Shown: positions 1 to 10,660 of the stretch, piece by piece
How positions within the stretch are numbered: the first letter of the stretch is position 1
Layout of the letters: each line of letters starts with the position of its first letter
Sequence record: NC_070882.1
Strand: one strand, 5' to 3'
Length of the DNA stretch: 64,000 bases
The notes under the pieces: model-generated
Told to the model about the DNA's origin: nothing
What the model saw: the letters and a program-made list of their open reading frames with translations, nothing else
Databases searched by the model: none
Made by a program: the position numbers and the translations under genes

Positions 1-195
1 CTCTATTTTTCCAGTTGTTTATTGCGTAAAACTTAAGTTGATGAATTCTAACATAACTAAAACCACGCAAGTATTTTTACGATCCGTCTGTTTTAAAAAG
101 TTAAAATCTTCTAACAGCATACCATACGACACCTAAAAAGAAGAACTACTCAGCTGGAAAAGGATATGCTATTTATTTCAATCTGGAGAATACAA

Positions 196-549
196 ATGCC
201 TTATTATCAAGCTATTTTACCGCTCGTAGAAGCGCACCAGTGGTTTAAAAATGGTGACCATCCCATGGATCGCACTGTGAATGGAATCAACGAAGGTGCA
301 GTGGTTGGACGCCATATCAGTTATGGTAGTGTCCAAGGTGGAATGGACTGCCCTGTCTGCAATTGTAAGATGGCTCTTCATGGAATTCTTAAAGTTCGTA
401 TCGACGATAGTCCTTCTGTTGTCTGTCCCGGTGACTATATCGAGTTCATTCGAGATGATAAGAAACGCATCCTAAGTTATAGACTCCACCATAAAAAAGA
501 ATTTGAATCGATCTTTGAAAAAGTTATAGCAAATGGAGCTAAGAAATGA
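196..549 (+). CDS. Conserved phage protein of unknown function, possibly Zn-binding
   Basis: VEAHQWFKNGDHP...CPVC...HG...VCPGDYI pattern, recalled from a widespread phage family. GGAG RBS favours ATG 196 over 166. ATGA overlap with the next gene. Confidence 0.7.
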   Translation: MPYYQAILPLVEAHQWFKNGDHPMDRTVNGINEGAVVGRHISYGSVQGGMDCPVCNCKMALHGILKVRIDDSPSVVCPGDYIEFIRDDKKRILSYRLHHKKEFESIFEKVIANGAKK

Positions 550-1127
550 CTGCTGTTAATTACCCATTCGTAGATACCATGGATAAGTTTGATAAGATCA
601 CGAAAGGTCTTATCTTTGAACATCAAGCTGAAGGTGAAAGTGAAACTATGATTTCACATGAACTCTCTATTCTTGATAATGATGGAGTTGTTCATTCTCT
701 CCACTTCAATCAAATTACGAGTCTCATCGATACCATCACTGGTAAACATCCTTCACTTGAACTACCTCCACAATTATTTCTTATCACGCAATATTTGCTG
801 GAAGATCTTAAGGAAGTTGGGGAGAAGGGTTTTGTAATTACTGAATATTTTATTGATGTTCTTCCGTCTGGTAACAAAGCTATTTTCCGTGGTACACTTG
901 CACATAAATCCACTGTAGATGGACATCCCGATTTTGATCCGGAGTCTACGGTCGGTAAGAAAGAATTTGAATTCTCCCTTAATCAATTCAGTATTCTGCA
1001 ACAGATTGCACTGAGTCACTGCATCGCCAATCTCCATGAAGAATGTGCTGTTTTCCGTGGTACCTTTGATGTGGAATATACGTTCCATTGGACACCCTTC
1101 TCTTTCAATGTTAAATTCGCAGAGTAA
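546..1127 (+). CDS. chmB: Chimallin-interacting phage-nucleus protein ChmB (gp2 family)
   Basis: 193 aa starting MTAVNYPFVDTMDKFDKITKG; recognised from memory as near-identical to PA1C gp2. Lies next to DHFR. Confidence 0.8.
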   Translation: MTAVNYPFVDTMDKFDKITKGLIFEHQAEGESETMISHELSILDNDGVVHSLHFNQITSLIDTITGKHPSLELPPQLFLITQYLLEDLKEVGEKGFVITEYFIDVLPSGNKAIFRGTLAHKSTVDGHPDFDPESTVGKKEFEFSLNQFSILQQIALSHCIANLHEECAVFRGTFDVEYTFHWTPFSFNVKFAE

Positions 1128-1138
1128 GTGAGTTAGTC

Positions 1139-1660
1139 ATGCCCACTCTAGCAATGATTTTTGCTGTGTCTACCAATGGTATTATTGGAATCAATGGAAA
1201 TATCCCATGGCATATCCCTGAAGATTTTAAATGGTTCAAAGAGAAGACTTTGGGACATGCGGTTATAATGGGACGAAAGACCTGGGAGTCTCTTGGTAAT
1301 AAACCTCTTCCAGGTCGTACTAACTACGTTCTGTCTTCTAATGGCAATTTGAAAGGTGATGGGTATATCCATGTTAAATCTCTAGATGAAGCATTGGAAT
1401 TATCTCAAAATGAAAAGAAAGTTTTTATCATTGGTGGAGAACGACTATTTAAAGATGGTCTCTCTCGTTGCAGTGAGTTCTATCGCACGGTTGTGGATAT
1501 GGACATTGATTGTTCTTCCGATGACGTAACTGAAATTGCTAAGTTCGAAGAATACATTGATCCGATCAAATGGCGATTTATTTCCTGTCACAAAGGTGTA
1601 ACTACTGCCTCTCGTAATCCTGGTCTCGGTTATAGTCTTCAGTACTGGGCTAGACGTTAA
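1139..1660 (+). CDS. folA: Dihydrofolate reductase
   Basis: IGINGNIPWHIPEDFKWFK, VIMGRKTWESL, PLPGRTNYVLS and VFIIGG motifs. Confidence 0.97.
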   Translation: MPTLAMIFAVSTNGIIGINGNIPWHIPEDFKWFKEKTLGHAVIMGRKTWESLGNKPLPGRTNYVLSSNGNLKGDGYIHVKSLDEALELSQNEKKVFIIGGERLFKDGLSRCSEFYRTVVDMDIDCSSDDVTEIAKFEEYIDPIKWRFISCHKGVTTASRNPGLGYSLQYWARR

Positions 1661-1691
1661 CACAATCTTCTGTAGTTAATGGAGATTGTAA

Positions 1692-2186
1692 ATGAGTAGC
1701 TATACTAAGTTCAATGCTAAGATGTCTATCCAGTATGATGATGACGCATCAGCTATTCTGGGTGATGACTATTGGCGGATTATGGAAACATTCCAATACG
1801 ACATTGGAAGTGAAGGTTCTGGTAAATTTGTTATTGTTAACAAATGCTTCCTAACCGATGGTGCTTCTATTCCACGTCCTGTACGTTGGTTGATTCCTCG
1901 ATTAGGTAAACATGGTCAAGCAGCTGCATTACATGACAAGTTGTGTGAAACATATACTATCTTCCAGATGGTGGCAGGAGTTGCAACGGAGGTTAAGATC
2001 ACTCGAAAAGAGATCGATCACATCTTCTATGAAGCCCTTAAGGTATCTAAAGTCAATCCGATCATCCGTGGTCTGATTCGTGTTGGTGTAGATGGTTACC
2101 GAATTGTTGCTCGTCCAACCAAGCCGAATGTTAAGAAAGAGAAACGTCGTCTTGAACAGCAGTGTTCTTTAGGTCAACGAGATTAA
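1692..2186 (+). CDS. DUF1353-family protein
   Basis: FLTDGASIPR..W......GKHGQAAALHD signature. Confidence 0.8.
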   Translation: MSSYTKFNAKMSIQYDDDASAILGDDYWRIMETFQYDIGSEGSGKFVIVNKCFLTDGASIPRPVRWLIPRLGKHGQAAALHDKLCETYTIFQMVAGVATEVKITRKEIDHIFYEALKVSKVNPIIRGLIRVGVDGYRIVARPTKPNVKKEKRRLEQQCSLGQRD

Positions 2187-2189
2187 CGG

Positions 2190-2222
2190 CATAAAGCCTT
2201 CCCAAACGGGAAGGCTTTTATG
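2190..2222. terminator. Bidirectional hairpin between convergent genes
   Basis: CATAAAGCCTTCCC-aaac-GGGAAGGCTTTTATG. Confidence 0.8.
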
Positions 2223-2229
2223 TTGTCTT

Positions 2230-4416
2230 CTATCGACCATAGAATCCACGAGAATGGATACTGCGGTCTTGTTGGAAGCGAGAAGTACGAACACGTCTGA
2301 CTCGATCGTCACGCACTTGTTTCAACATAGCGTCAATACCGACACCAGTTGTTTCTTCCATGTTAATACTCTTAGATAGATTACGGAGGCGCATTTCAAG
2401 TTTTGTGATTACGAATGGATTTGTCTCACCTTTGAGTTGAGCAATCAAATCTTCGAATTCTCCTTTATTTTGCTTCTCTTTATCTTCACGATATTTTTCT
2501 AGAGCAGTAAGCTCTACATCACGAGTAACAGCACGGGAGAAAATAGTCGCTGGGTTAATACCGTAGTAAGAAAGGTTTTGACCACGAATACATACCCAGT
2601 GAGCCAACAGCATGGAAATTACCATGTCGTCGTGGTTATCGCGGGTATGGTCAATCCGTCCATTCTTAATTGTCAAAGCCAGTAGTTCTGTAATCAGCGT
2701 CTTATCCGCCATTCTTCGACTACCATAATCCATGGCACTCGGTAGTGCTTCAAGGAACAAACTGTTACGAGAATACCGACCAGAACCGGAGGTATTGAAA
2801 CCAAAGTAACGTTTGAATCGATCGTAGAACGATGCAGGACGTTGAGACAACGGAGTCTGAATATCCCGAAACTCAGATTCTAGTACCGTATGCTCATCCA
2901 CGATTCTGTTAAAGATTCGCCGGAACGGATCTATACCAGCTTTGTGTAGTTGCATTACAACGAAGTCGATAAGTGCAGTACCCATCGATTTACGTTCAGG
3001 TACCCAAGTAATCGTTGAGTAACGGATTAATAGATTACCGATGAAAGCCGCAATGACAGGAACGGAAGTTTCATTATAACAACCAGCAGCCACTACCTCG
3101 TGTGTCTCCACATCAAATACAACCATGCCAGTGGCGTCGTTGTCAGACCCTAGAAGTTCACTGGGGTCCATTCCCATCATAAAACGACTTTCAGCCATTC
3201 TCTGATCAACTTCGTGTTTAGGAATGTACCAACGAATTGTATAACCGTCCGGTGTAATCTCTGTCCAGATTGGTTCACGCTCAGATGATTTCAATTGCTT
3301 TTTGTGTTCTGGTGATAATGGCGAACCTTCACCACCGACAGTCCAGATATTAAAGAAGTCTCGGTCAGCGATCTCGCCAAACGAACTAGATTCTTTAAGT
3401 TCCTGGAACAACCATTCATCTGTACGACCCAACTGGCGATGGTTAAAGGCTCCATAAATAATCGGCTTCTGATCGGCCTTGGATCCTTTCTCCATTACTA
3501 ACACTGCCATACGTTGGTTGACAAGATCAAACATCGTCTCAGACCAAGTGTGGCCACCAGTCATGAACTTATATGCGAACGCGCCGTCACGAGTGGTAAT
3601 GTTACCGGCAGTTGTTGTGAAGATGTTGCCGTATGGTTGGCCTTGACGCTTAGCTTCAGCACGTGCAGCAGAACCAGATGCCAGAGCAACAGGAAGAGAG
3701 ATCTCAATCAAGTTGATGTATGCAAATTCGTCGAACTGCATGATCGGTACAGTAAGACCACGACCAAGTTTGTCAGCAGCAATTTTATCGTTACGGCCAA
3801 CAGCTGTCTTGTATCGATTACCTAAACGAATACAGGTCATCAATTCATTGTTGTCTACATCGTTCGGGTTTGCCCAATGAATGTAATCGGGTAATAGATC
3901 TCGCATTACCTTAAGACGTTCAATGTTTGCTGTACGAAGTTTATTATCTTTAGTGATCAGGTTGATAGTGGTGTTCTCACCCCAGATATACATCATACCT
4001 GTCATCAAGATGTCAGTTGAAACAGATTTACCAGTCTGACGCGGTTGCAACAGACCAAAGTCTAGGTGGTTAAAAAAGCACCAGAAAAGTGCAATGTTAC
4101 CACGGTTAGCACGGAATGCGTTCGGAACGTTACCAGATGTCGCAGGGACTCGGGCAACTTCACGGAAGTAGTACCATGGATTGTATTTACATTCCAAGGC
4201 GATTTTCATTTTTGTTGCATCATCTAGATCGGGGTCATAGGGATCTACCCCCTGAAGATCTGGTTGAAGCAACGCTAGAATGAATTTCCAGTTTGCTATT
4301 TTAAGCTCATCTCTATAAAGAGCTGCTAATTTTAAGAATGTTTTATTTGACGTTTTTGTATCCGCTATCGCTGTTGGGAACTTCTCCCAATCATCGCGGA
4401 ATAAAATAAGTTCCAT
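2230..4416 (-). CDS. terL: Terminase large subunit (phiKZ gp25-like)
   Basis: Walker A QPRQTGKS, Walker B IMQFDE, C-terminal RNase H-like nuclease motifs (MGMDPS, HDDMVISMLL); 728 aa. Confidence 0.93.
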   Translation of the reverse strand: MELILFRDDWEKFPTAIADTKTSNKTFLKLAALYRDELKIANWKFILALLQPDLQGVDPYDPDLDDATKMKIALECKYNPWYYFREVARVPATSGNVPNAFRANRGNIALFWCFFNHLDFGLLQPRQTGKSVSTDILMTGMMYIWGENTTINLITKDNKLRTANIERLKVMRDLLPDYIHWANPNDVDNNELMTCIRLGNRYKTAVGRNDKIAADKLGRGLTVPIMQFDEFAYINLIEISLPVALASGSAARAEAKRQGQPYGNIFTTTAGNITTRDGAFAYKFMTGGHTWSETMFDLVNQRMAVLVMEKGSKADQKPIIYGAFNHRQLGRTDEWLFQELKESSSFGEIADRDFFNIWTVGGEGSPLSPEHKKQLKSSEREPIWTEITPDGYTIRWYIPKHEVDQRMAESRFMMGMDPSELLGSDNDATGMVVFDVETHEVVAAGCYNETSVPVIAAFIGNLLIRYSTITWVPERKSMGTALIDFVVMQLHKAGIDPFRRIFNRIVDEHTVLESEFRDIQTPLSQRPASFYDRFKRYFGFNTSGSGRYSRNSLFLEALPSAMDYGSRRMADKTLITELLALTIKNGRIDHTRDNHDDMVISMLLAHWVCIRGQNLSYYGINPATIFSRAVTRDVELTALEKYREDKEKQNKGEFEDLIAQLKGETNPFVITKLEMRLRNLSKSINMEETTGVGIDAMLKQVRDDRVRRVRTSRFQQDRSIHSRGFYGR

Positions 4417-4468
4417 GACCGTTTCCTTAAAGAAACAAAAGGTTCATACCTTTAGGGTTAATTTACGA

Positions 4469-4499
4469 CATAAAGCTTCCCCCGAAGGGAAAGCTCATG
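4469..4499. terminator. Hairpin of the CATAAAG family
   Basis: CATAAAGCTTCCCCCGAAGGGAAAGCTCATG. Confidence 0.65.
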
Positions 4500-4502
4500 T
4501 AT

Positions 4503-5153
4503 CTAGATTAACTCTAGTACCGGGCGCCAACCATAACCAGTGTTAGGTTGAGATGGTGCGTTCTGCCCCCATCCAGTTACGCCATTTGGTCCACCACGTA
4601 AGACTTTGAACCTAGGAGACCCTGTATTACCATTAGTAGGTGTCCATGTCCAAATACCGAGGTTACTTGGATGTACAAACCCAAGATCCTCATTACTTAA
4701 GTTCTCCCAAAATGTTCCAGTTGGATCATTTGCCGATACACGGTACATCAACTGACCCCACTCCGAGTTAGCTGGAGATCCACTGGCACCACCAGACAGA
4801 TAAACTATCTTACAATCAATATCCTTTACTTTTGACGTATTAGTATTAAAGCTATTGATAGCTGCTTCTAATTGATTAAAAGCCATTGAATGTCGAATAG
4901 TTTTAGTAGCAACTAAAAGCTTCCTGTCGTTTAAAGAGAACATTAACCAATCTACATCTGTTTGATCTGGCATTCGTGTTCCATATGGATTACCAGAAAA
5001 ACCATGTACATCGTTCATTTGTTCAGCGCCAATAAAATCGGCAGCTGTGACTATACCGTAATAACCTAGACTTGAATCACCAGCTATTAGTTCGGTAGGT
5101 AAAACACTTGGTTTAGCTCTTTTAGAGTTGACCGACAATAAAATTTCAATCAT
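4503..5153 (-). CDS. Putative virion structural protein (jumbo-phage multigene family)
   Basis: N-terminal IAGDSSLGYYG and C-terminal GWRPVLELI typical of phiKZ-like virion paralogues; lies in the late-strand cluster. Confidence 0.6.
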   Translation of the reverse strand: MIEILLSVNSKRAKPSVLPTELIAGDSSLGYYGIVTAADFIGAEQMNDVHGFSGNPYGTRMPDQTDVDWLMFSLNDRKLLVATKTIRHSMAFNQLEAAINSFNTNTSKVKDIDCKIVYLSGGASGSPANSEWGQLMYRVSANDPTGTFWENLSNEDLGFVHPSNLGIWTWTPTNGNTGSPRFKVLRGGPNGVTGWGQNAPSQPNTGYGWRPVLELI

Positions 5154-5186
5154 GGTCCAGCTCCTATTTGTTACATACTAAAACGA

Positions 5187-5218
5187 CATAAAGCCGTCTC
5201 TAATGAGACGGCACTATG
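5187..5218. terminator. Hairpin of the CATAAAG family
   Basis: CATAAAGCCGTCTC-taat-GAGACGGCACTATG. Confidence 0.65.
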
Positions 5219-5220
5219 CC

Positions 5221-6885
5221 TTAAGCACGTTTCAGTACTGGAATACCAGTCATTGCCAATTGAAGATCAGTATCGTACTCACGACGAATCCATTGGATGT
5301 AGAGAAGCTCTCCATCAGCAAGATCGTTGTTAACACGTAATTTATCTTTCCATTGTTCAACACTAAACTCGTATTTGTTGTGCAGGAAGTGCAATACAAA
5401 GTGAGTCGGTGTAGGTGCAACAACTTCGGAATCCGGATTCACCAGAGGCTCAGCTGCTTCGTACATTTTCCGCAGCCATGCTTCTTTGGTATTAGCGCCA
5501 TTCTGAAGACGCAGATCCCACGCGTTAGTCTGGATGTATTCCAGATCTGCTTTCAAACCACGACCATAAGCTGCATCTACATCTGGACGAGTATAGATTT
5601 CCCAATTAGCATCGCGGTTTTCACCGGAGGTCAGGAGTGCAACTTGGAACGTAGTAACAAAGCGGTGCGGTGCGAAACGGCCATCGACCTTGTTCAGGTT
5701 AACTGCATACGTCAGAGTCTGGAGATTACCATAACCTTTCGGATTGAAAGGTGCAGAGTTAACGCCAAGCTCCACCAAAGAAGTAACGTTGTAGAAACGT
5801 TGACGATCCAGGTTATAAAGCCAGAATTCCAGACGATAACCAGCGGTGACGTTTTGCCATACCGGGTATACGAACAGACGACATTCATATGCACCGTCAG
5901 CGGCTGTTGTACGAGCGATGTAGTTTTCTGTAATCCGTCGATTTGCTGTTGGTGTAAGAGCATAGGAAATTTCATCTTCTGCTAACTGGTAAGCAAGAGT
6001 AAGCGGGAACTCTTGTCCAATTTCAGTAGCGATGTAGTTTTCCATGCCAAACAAGAACATCGTCGAGTTATCAATACCACGACGTACTTTAGAACCACCA
6101 CGATAGTTAATCATACCAACCATCGGAAGAGATTCAACGTTTACGTTCAGCGGGAATTCAATAACCTTAGGATCGGCAGCAGACAGGAACGGACTCTCGA
6201 TCTCGATACCGGCAATGTACTTCTTCGAATTATCAGACTGTCGAATTGCTTTCGTGTTTTGTACGAGCAACTGTGCTATCGACACAACCCCGCCAAGGTC
6301 ATCGTAGGCCACCAAGGTGCAACGCTCACCGTCATCCATCTCCTCGGCTGTAAAACCAACCATAGGGGCCTTAATGACGTTCTGAGAGCCATTACCGACG
6401 GTTACTGTCTCAACTGGAATAAGTGGACCCGTGTAATCACCAGAGGGAGTGAAGAAAGCAGAGATGATCTTACCAAATTCTTCAGAGATATCACTACCCT
6501 TAAAGACTTTGTAACTAGCAACCATCGAGCCATAAAAATGCAGACGTTTATCGGGTGCGAGAGTATGGGGAATAACGCTGGTATCAAGGAACAGACGGTA
6601 GCTTTCGGAGCTATAGCCTGGACCTACGCCCACCAGTACGTTTTCTTCGCCATCGGGGTCAACTTTGGTTGGAGGATACCATTCTTTAAGAGTAGCTACG
6701 TGAGTACCCTCTTCGACATCCTCAACTGTGAACCAGCCATTCTCGCGGTCCCAAACGAGGTCCCCAATATTGGGGACCCACTTATTTACTTGTCCAGCTT
6801 GCTGGACGATATCTTTGCGGTTCCAAACCCACCAACCCCTATTAGGGTCCATGTAGTCGGAATTCCCGTATGGTACAGGAAGCAT
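5221..6885 (-). CDS. Virion structural protein (phiKZ gp26-like)
   Basis: 554 aa; synteny between terminase and the sheath block. Confidence 0.75.
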   Translation of the reverse strand: MLPVPYGNSDYMDPNRGWWVWNRKDIVQQAGQVNKWVPNIGDLVWDRENGWFTVEDVEEGTHVATLKEWYPPTKVDPDGEENVLVGVGPGYSSESYRLFLDTSVIPHTLAPDKRLHFYGSMVASYKVFKGSDISEEFGKIISAFFTPSGDYTGPLIPVETVTVGNGSQNVIKAPMVGFTAEEMDDGERCTLVAYDDLGGVVSIAQLLVQNTKAIRQSDNSKKYIAGIEIESPFLSAADPKVIEFPLNVNVESLPMVGMINYRGGSKVRRGIDNSTMFLFGMENYIATEIGQEFPLTLAYQLAEDEISYALTPTANRRITENYIARTTAADGAYECRLFVYPVWQNVTAGYRLEFWLYNLDRQRFYNVTSLVELGVNSAPFNPKGYGNLQTLTYAVNLNKVDGRFAPHRFVTTFQVALLTSGENRDANWEIYTRPDVDAAYGRGLKADLEYIQTNAWDLRLQNGANTKEAWLRKMYEAAEPLVNPDSEVVAPTPTHFVLHFLHNKYEFSVEQWKDKLRVNNDLADGELLYIQWIRREYDTDLQLAMTGIPVLKRA

Positions 6886-6886
6886 G

Positions 6887-9583
6887 TTAAGTCCTCGTTA
6901 GGTATACGAATGGCGCGATGTCCATAGGGCGCTGTAAATACAACTTCAGTACACGAATGTAGAAGTCATACTGATCAGTATCTAACCCAATAGGATCACT
7001 ATGCCAATGTGGATAAACTACCACATGGTTGGTGTTGTAATCTGTGTTTAGGATATCAAACGGAACCAACCACTCGTAGGATGCCATAACCCGAGCAATA
7101 TCCATCTCGTTGTAACGACCATTAACCAGCGGTGGCTTCAGCGTACCCTTAACAATGTCATGGAGAACTTTGTTAGAGAATGCCGAATATACCACATAAC
7201 GACGTGTAACCGAGTCAACTTGATCGCGTGTTCTCTTAGGGAAATACGCTGTCATGTAATCGGAAACTTGTTTATCACGTTCGTCATCTGCGATACGTGC
7301 TTGCTGATCAGTATCGTAAACATCACGGAAAGTGGATTGCGGTGTTTGGATTTGGAAGGGTGCACCATTTCGTTCATCGGTAATCAGAAGAGAATTATTA
7401 TCCTCCTCAAACACCAAATCTTCACGGGCGCGGTAATGTCCATCTACAATGATCCTTTGCATTTTGTGCGTATGGATATCGTAAATACCATTATTGGAAA
7501 GAACATTATACTCTACCCAACCAACTTCACCAGGTTTATAACGCTGAAGATCAGGAGTACAGTAACCGGTACCTCGTACAAGAACGGTATTAATACCATC
7601 AACCAAATACTCATGGTTATTCAGTACAGTCATAATACCTTTATCAAAGTAATCGAGACCATTTATGATCGGTCGATTATTTAAGAAGATATCTAGTTGT
7701 CCGAATGGGATCTCCATGAGCTTGTTGATTAGTTCACCGTTATGCTCTTCCCAGTTATCGATTCCAAATCGAATAATACCCTGGTCTTTAGTAAACCGCA
7801 TTTCCTTCAGGTAGAAGTAGTTATCCATACGGACATAACCGTACCATTCATTTGGTAAAGCAGTCCATGTCCATTTAGGATGTTCAATATCAGTTGTATC
7901 ATGGAAACCCCAATCATTTCGATTAGGTAGGTCAGTGATATCAATCCATTCGTTGGTTGGTACACCAGCCCAGACTTTACAGACGTAAAGACGGAAGTTA
8001 TAACCTTCCGAAAGATCGACTGTTCCATTACCAAATACACCATGAAGATTGGTATCACCTTTACCAGTAATACATTCTACCATCTTACATTCGGTTTGAT
8101 TTACCACGCGGTATCGGCGCCCTGCGACATGATGGTAATAACCCAACAAAATCCCTTTCGAATCATATTCGAAAACAGTAGCATTCTCCCAATAGTTGTA
8201 TGGAAGACTTGCATATACTGTACCTTGGTCAACATGGACCTTGGTTGGATTATGTGCCTGAATATCTGCGGCTTTATGGTAACCGAATACATCACCGGCA
8301 AAATTCTGGGCATCTATCTTACCCTGAGATATCTCATCAGGATCTTGGAAAGCGATAGGGTAGATTACATCTGGATCAGCGGACATGAATTGAACGTAAG
8401 CCGATTGTTCAAGATTCTCTGCTCTCCATAATGGGCAAGTAGCGTCTGCTCCAGTCATGGCCCTAAGGATATTATCCGAGGATAAACGATAGAGTTCTTG
8501 AATGCGACCAACATCGGCTACCAGAGGTCGTTCGTATCCAGAATGACGAATGTAAAGGCGAAGGAACTTATCTTCAATACCTGTCCATTTGTCGGAAGGC
8601 CAGCGCGATGGATCATTTGCATGGCGTGGGTCTTCAGGGTGACTTGTGATGAAAGACTGAATTCGATCAACAGGAGCCGAATAGTCTTTATGCGTCAACA
8701 TTCGAAGCCAATTACCTTCATTGTGGTGATACATCACACCACTGAACCGACCAGGCAATGAACCCCTTTTGCAAAGATAAACATCTAGATCGTCGAAGTA
8801 CTCAATCGTGTTGACATTCTTATCGTCGTAGTGAAGGATATATTTCCTTTCTTTATCGAGCGTAGAATTGAATGTTTTAAGATCACGTAGATCTAAATCG
8901 ACTACACGTTTAATACTTGGATCAAGGATGAATTCACAGTAATCACCCGGACCAGCTGTTACTAACGATATCTCTTGTACGAACCTACCGTTAACGAAGT
9001 ACTGGGGGTAACCACCTTTAGTTTCAATCAAGTCCATAATTTGAATTTGGAATTGACGAAGCTCTTCGTTAGAGTTAGGTGTCAAAGTCATCACATCGAT
9101 ATAACGGGCTGCTGCTATATCGCTACGATCAGAGTTGAAATACGCGTTGTGATAAACATGGAGATATGGATTATTCTCGGCTTCGTCCAAATCAGGGAAG
9201 CGATCATTTCGTCGAATAGCTACAAGCAAGTTTTGCGTTTGGGTTACCAGGATATATGTTTCAGAACGTGGGAACTGAATTCCATTACTGACATAAACTT
9301 CCGCGAGAGTATGTACCTCTTTACCCAGTTGCTCAAGGCTGATCCAGTTATTCAACAGCTTTGGAATACCAAGATGGCGAGGAATAACCTGACCGATTTG
9401 GTAGATATGCCAGAAGTCACGAGTAGAGATTTGTGGAAGTTTATAACGTTCGTGCTCCACCACGTAACTACCCCGTACACCGTAGCGGGGAGTTAATTGA
9501 CGGAGCTTATATACGAACTGTCGATCCTGAGTAGGGTTACACCAAACGTTCTCAATTGCGTAGCGCAATAGATAGTCGTTCAT
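6887..9583 (-). CDS. Virion structural protein (phiKZ gp27-like)
   Basis: 898 aa; [17 protein letters not shown] start; synteny. Confidence 0.75.
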   Translation of the reverse strand: MNDYLLRYAIENVWCNPTQDRQFVYKLRQLTPRYGVRGSYVVEHERYKLPQISTRDFWHIYQIGQVIPRHLGIPKLLNNWISLEQLGKEVHTLAEVYVSNGIQFPRSETYILVTQTQNLLVAIRRNDRFPDLDEAENNPYLHVYHNAYFNSDRSDIAAARYIDVMTLTPNSNEELRQFQIQIMDLIETKGGYPQYFVNGRFVQEISLVTAGPGDYCEFILDPSIKRVVDLDLRDLKTFNSTLDKERKYILHYDDKNVNTIEYFDDLDVYLCKRGSLPGRFSGVMYHHNEGNWLRMLTHKDYSAPVDRIQSFITSHPEDPRHANDPSRWPSDKWTGIEDKFLRLYIRHSGYERPLVADVGRIQELYRLSSDNILRAMTGADATCPLWRAENLEQSAYVQFMSADPDVIYPIAFQDPDEISQGKIDAQNFAGDVFGYHKAADIQAHNPTKVHVDQGTVYASLPYNYWENATVFEYDSKGILLGYYHHVAGRRYRVVNQTECKMVECITGKGDTNLHGVFGNGTVDLSEGYNFRLYVCKVWAGVPTNEWIDITDLPNRNDWGFHDTTDIEHPKWTWTALPNEWYGYVRMDNYFYLKEMRFTKDQGIIRFGIDNWEEHNGELINKLMEIPFGQLDIFLNNRPIINGLDYFDKGIMTVLNNHEYLVDGINTVLVRGTGYCTPDLQRYKPGEVGWVEYNVLSNNGIYDIHTHKMQRIIVDGHYRAREDLVFEEDNNSLLITDERNGAPFQIQTPQSTFRDVYDTDQQARIADDERDKQVSDYMTAYFPKRTRDQVDSVTRRYVVYSAFSNKVLHDIVKGTLKPPLVNGRYNEMDIARVMASYEWLVPFDILNTDYNTNHVVVYPHWHSDPIGLDTDQYDFYIRVLKLYLQRPMDIAPFVYLTRT

Positions 9584-9593
9584 TAATCACCCA

Positions 9594-10529
9594 TTACTGA
9601 TGCAGACGTGTGAATTGCTCGGAAACCGCTTTGAAAACGAGGTCAGTAAAGACTTTAAGCTCGTTTCCACGAGCTAACGATTCTACTCGTTGAGTAATTA
9701 CTGTTTTACGGTATGAGCGTTCTGCAATTGCCATGTAAAGCAATGCAATGAAAGTCGGTAAATGTTCGAGGGCTACACCCACGTTTTCACGGGAGTTTAC
9801 ACCGAACCAAGAAGTCGAGATCAATGCAAAAAGATCCCCAAACTTCAATACAGCGGTACGCTGTTGACGGGAGTTAACTGACATCTCATGAATGAGGTCA
9901 GAGGCATTCTCCAGCTTACCCATCGTTGCGGCAACATCGAGTACAAATTCTGGCGGCACCGAAGTGCAGCGAGAAATAATCGGTGCAAATTTTTCACGCT
10001 CTTCACCCGGTTGACGAAGTTCAGGGGTGGACATGGCGTAATAGTAATAAGCCGTAATGACAAAGAGTGCCATCTGCGATTCGATCGGTAGATTGTAGCG
10101 TGTAACCAATACACCGCTAACCCAACGATGGAATACTTTTGCAGGTAGGTCCGATAAGCGATTAAAGAAAGCTTCGTCGCCAGAAAGCAGGCGATTGTTC
10201 AAAGCTAGACGAACGCATTGGAACTGCCAGTCGTTTTGAGCGATCAAAGAATACTTCTGAGATCGAGCGTCAAACTTCATGTATTGGCGGCTATCAATAA
10301 GAAGCCGTGGTTTATTGGGTTCGCCCACATTGATAATCTGAGTGAAGTTCGGAATTGCTTCGTGTTCTTCACGAGGTGTTACGAACGCAGAGTTCATTAA
10401 CTGATTTCCACCGGGTGTTTCTACCAGGGGGAATGGCAAATCAATTTCTGCCCGACGGGCTGCTGCGATCACCTGTTGATATTTAGGATAGATCCCACAG
10501 ACTGTTGTTTGATACGGTAGCGAAAACAT
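9594..10529 (-). CDS. Virion structural protein (phiKZ gp28-like)
   Basis: 311 aa; divergent from the sheath gene; synteny. Confidence 0.7.
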   Translation of the reverse strand: MFSLPYQTTVCGIYPKYQQVIAAARRAEIDLPFPLVETPGGNQLMNSAFVTPREEHEAIPNFTQIINVGEPNKPRLLIDSRQYMKFDARSQKYSLIAQNDWQFQCVRLALNNRLLSGDEAFFNRLSDLPAKVFHRWVSGVLVTRYNLPIESQMALFVITAYYYYAMSTPELRQPGEEREKFAPIISRCTSVPPEFVLDVAATMGKLENASDLIHEMSVNSRQQRTAVLKFGDLFALISTSWFGVNSRENVGVALEHLPTFIALLYMAIAERSYRKTVITQRVESLARGNELKVFTDLVFKAVSEQFTRLHQ

Positions 10530-10660
10530 TACCGTTTTACTCCTTTCATGGGTAGGGAAAAATAACTATCACAGCCAACTATGAACAATATTTATGATTG
10601 ACTGTTAGTTAACACTCATAACATCGAGTTTAAAGCTCCACATCTGGGAGAAACATAAAG

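Noticed and set aside
5353-9496. Plus-strand ORFs opposite the virion genes (e.g. 6013-6927, 5353-5985, 7160-7684)
   Set aside because: Fully antisense to conserved structural genes, with no motifs.
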